From an uncultured Staphylococcaceae bacterium (GTDB lineage: Bacteria > Bacillota_I > Bacilli_A > RFN20 > CAG-826): 64,000 nt of DNA. Of this stretch, positions 62,941-64,000 are shown one piece after another. Under the pieces are notes generated by a model. It was given only the letters and a program-made list of their open reading frames with translations, ran no database searches and had not been told where the DNA came from. Position numbers and translations under genes: made by a program. Location: positions 49,839-113,838 of the forward strand of contig CAZDEE010000002.1 in assembly GCA_964504595.1 (NCBI GenBank), in the 5' to 3' direction. The stretch's first letter is position 1. Each line of letters opens with the position of its first letter.

Positions 62941-64000
62941 TTATTTAATTGAATCTAAATATTGATCAATAAATGGAAGAGAAACACTATTGAAACCAGT
63001 ATAAACATAATTAGAGTATAAATATGTTCCTAATCCTGAAATAGTCATATAAATACCATAGTCCATAACAGAATTACTTGCTTCATCATCTAATTTAATT
63101 GCGAGCATCATACCAGCAGGTGTGGCATCAAGAGCAATTACTTCATCTTTAAATAAAGAATAACCAATATTTTGTGCGGTAAAGCAATCGCTATAGAATT
63201 GTAAGTGATCTTGATAATCACTAGTATTAACACCGGTAAAGGTATATTCTTTACCTTCCATATATTCAAATATCAAAGTGATATTTTCAATATAATCATA
63301 ATATTTAGTATAGAATTGACCATTTGAATTTTTTTCAGTAATTCTTTTGCCAATTTTTACTTCTTTTTCATTAGAAGCATTGATTGTTGTTGTAAAGTAA
63401 TACACACCATCAACAAAATCTTCTTTACCATTGATATTAATATATCCATAATCGAACAATTCATCTTCTTTATTGATTTGTTTGATATAGTCTTCATTAA
63501 AATCATAGAATACGGCATCATTAGTAAAGTATACTTTTCCAATATCTATTTGAGTTTCATCAGCTTTTGTATATTTTCCTAATTCACGAATATAATTATG
63601 ATTTTTTGTTAACTCAATCGCGGATTTAATAGTAGGTTCAACTTCAGGATATGTTACTTCATGATCTTTTAAATAAGTATTTAATAATGTATTTTCTTTA
63701 TTCTCATTAATCATATCAAAGGTTAGAGATGCAGTATTGACATTTTGTTTAAAATATAAATAAGCAATGAATGAATATGGGGAAGTTATTTCAATAGTAA
63801 CATTGACCATATCTTTAGCAATATTGTCTTTTAAAGTTGCAATATCTTGAGATTGAGTATTAATATTTTGAGTCCAACAATAGAAGAATAAACCCATAAC
63901 ACTAGTATTTGTAATCGTGTAGGTATTACTTTCTTCAACTGCGACACCTTGGAAGTTAACTCCTAAAGAATCAAAATCAGTAATATCAATTAAAACATCA
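62941..64000 (-). CDS. Hypothetical protein, C-terminal 353 aa or more (5' end outside the window)
   Basis: The frame stays open upstream of the ORF-track ATG (63897) to the window edge (...DVLIDITDFDSLGVNFQGVAVEESNTYTITNTSV-MGLFF...). No RBS before 63897. No motif that I recognise. Confidence 0.6.
   Translation of the reverse strand, partial: DVLIDITDFDSLGVNFQGVAVEESNTYTITNTSVMGLFFYCWTQNINTQSQDIATLKDNIAKDMVNVTIEITSPYSFIAYLYFKQNVNTASLTFDMINENKENTLLNTYLKDHEVTYPEVEPTIKSAIELTKNHNYIRELGKYTKADETQIDIGKVYFTNDAVFYDFNEDYIKQINKEDELFDYGYININGKEDFVDGVYYFTTTINASNEKEVKIGKRITEKNSNGQFYTKYYDYIENITLIFEYMEGKEYTFTGVNTSDYQDHLQFYSDCFTAQNIGYSLFKDEVIALDATPAGMMLAIKLDDEASNSVMDYGIYMTISGLGTYLYSNYVYTGFNSVSLPFIDQYLDSIK

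Noticed and set aside
63895-63897. ATG at 63897 as the true start of the last ORF.
   Set aside because: No RBS is present, and the frame stays open upstream to the window edge. I treat it as an internal Met.
1-64000. Scan for CRISPR arrays, rRNA, tmRNA, RNase P, group I/II introns, IS elements and prophage genes.
   Set aside because: No regularly spaced repeats, no long GC-rich structured noncoding block and no transposase, integrase or phage-like ORFs were seen. The largest noncoding gaps (27007-27356, 56549-57151, 60735-61232) are AT-rich apart from the elements already reported.

Overview
AT-rich chromosomal segment from a spore-forming, low-GC Firmicute. Local gene order is Bacillus-like: spoIVA-hbs, dapB-cca, dnaD-nth facing ponA-recU, ywiB-argS-rpoE-fba, trpS/spx/yjbK/ppnK, and ylbD-ylbE-ylbF-rsmD-coaD facing ylbJ. 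An Erysipelotrichales-like organism is my guess and cannot be proven from this window. I call about 70 protein genes. Most are housekeeping: glycolysis (fba, pgi, gpmI), tRNA synthetases (argS, trpS, proS), cell wall (two class A PBPs, tarIJ, licD, pgcA) and RNA metabolism (rnj, nrnA, hpf, rpoE). There are 9 tRNAs: a Val-Tyr-Gln-Lys-Leu operon, a lone Leu-GAG and three lone Ser genes, all with encoded CCA. An S-box-like SAM riboswitch precedes metK, and many intrinsic terminators are visible. I saw no rRNA, CRISPR array, transposase, integrase or phage genes. The items most worth a second look are listed here. (1) An orphan structured RNA of about 115 nt with its own consensus promoter and terminator and riboswitch-like alternative folds (56779-56930, minus strand). 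(2) A very AT-rich islet next to tRNA-Ser carrying a DUF3883-type nuclease-like fusion protein and a frameshifted gene remnant (60735-62940). (3) Tandem paralogous membrane-anchored proteins of unknown family beside the tRNA operon (17953-19976). (4) A three-gene glycolipid module with unusual domain fusions (27584-32694). (5) A membrane-anchored degenerate GGDEF-EAL protein tightly coupled to proS. (6) Several small Cys-, Tyr- or Pro-rich spore-surface-like genes, including one below the ORF-track cutoff and one whose RBS is buried in the upstream gene's terminator. All functional calls come from reading motifs by eye, and no database search was possible.
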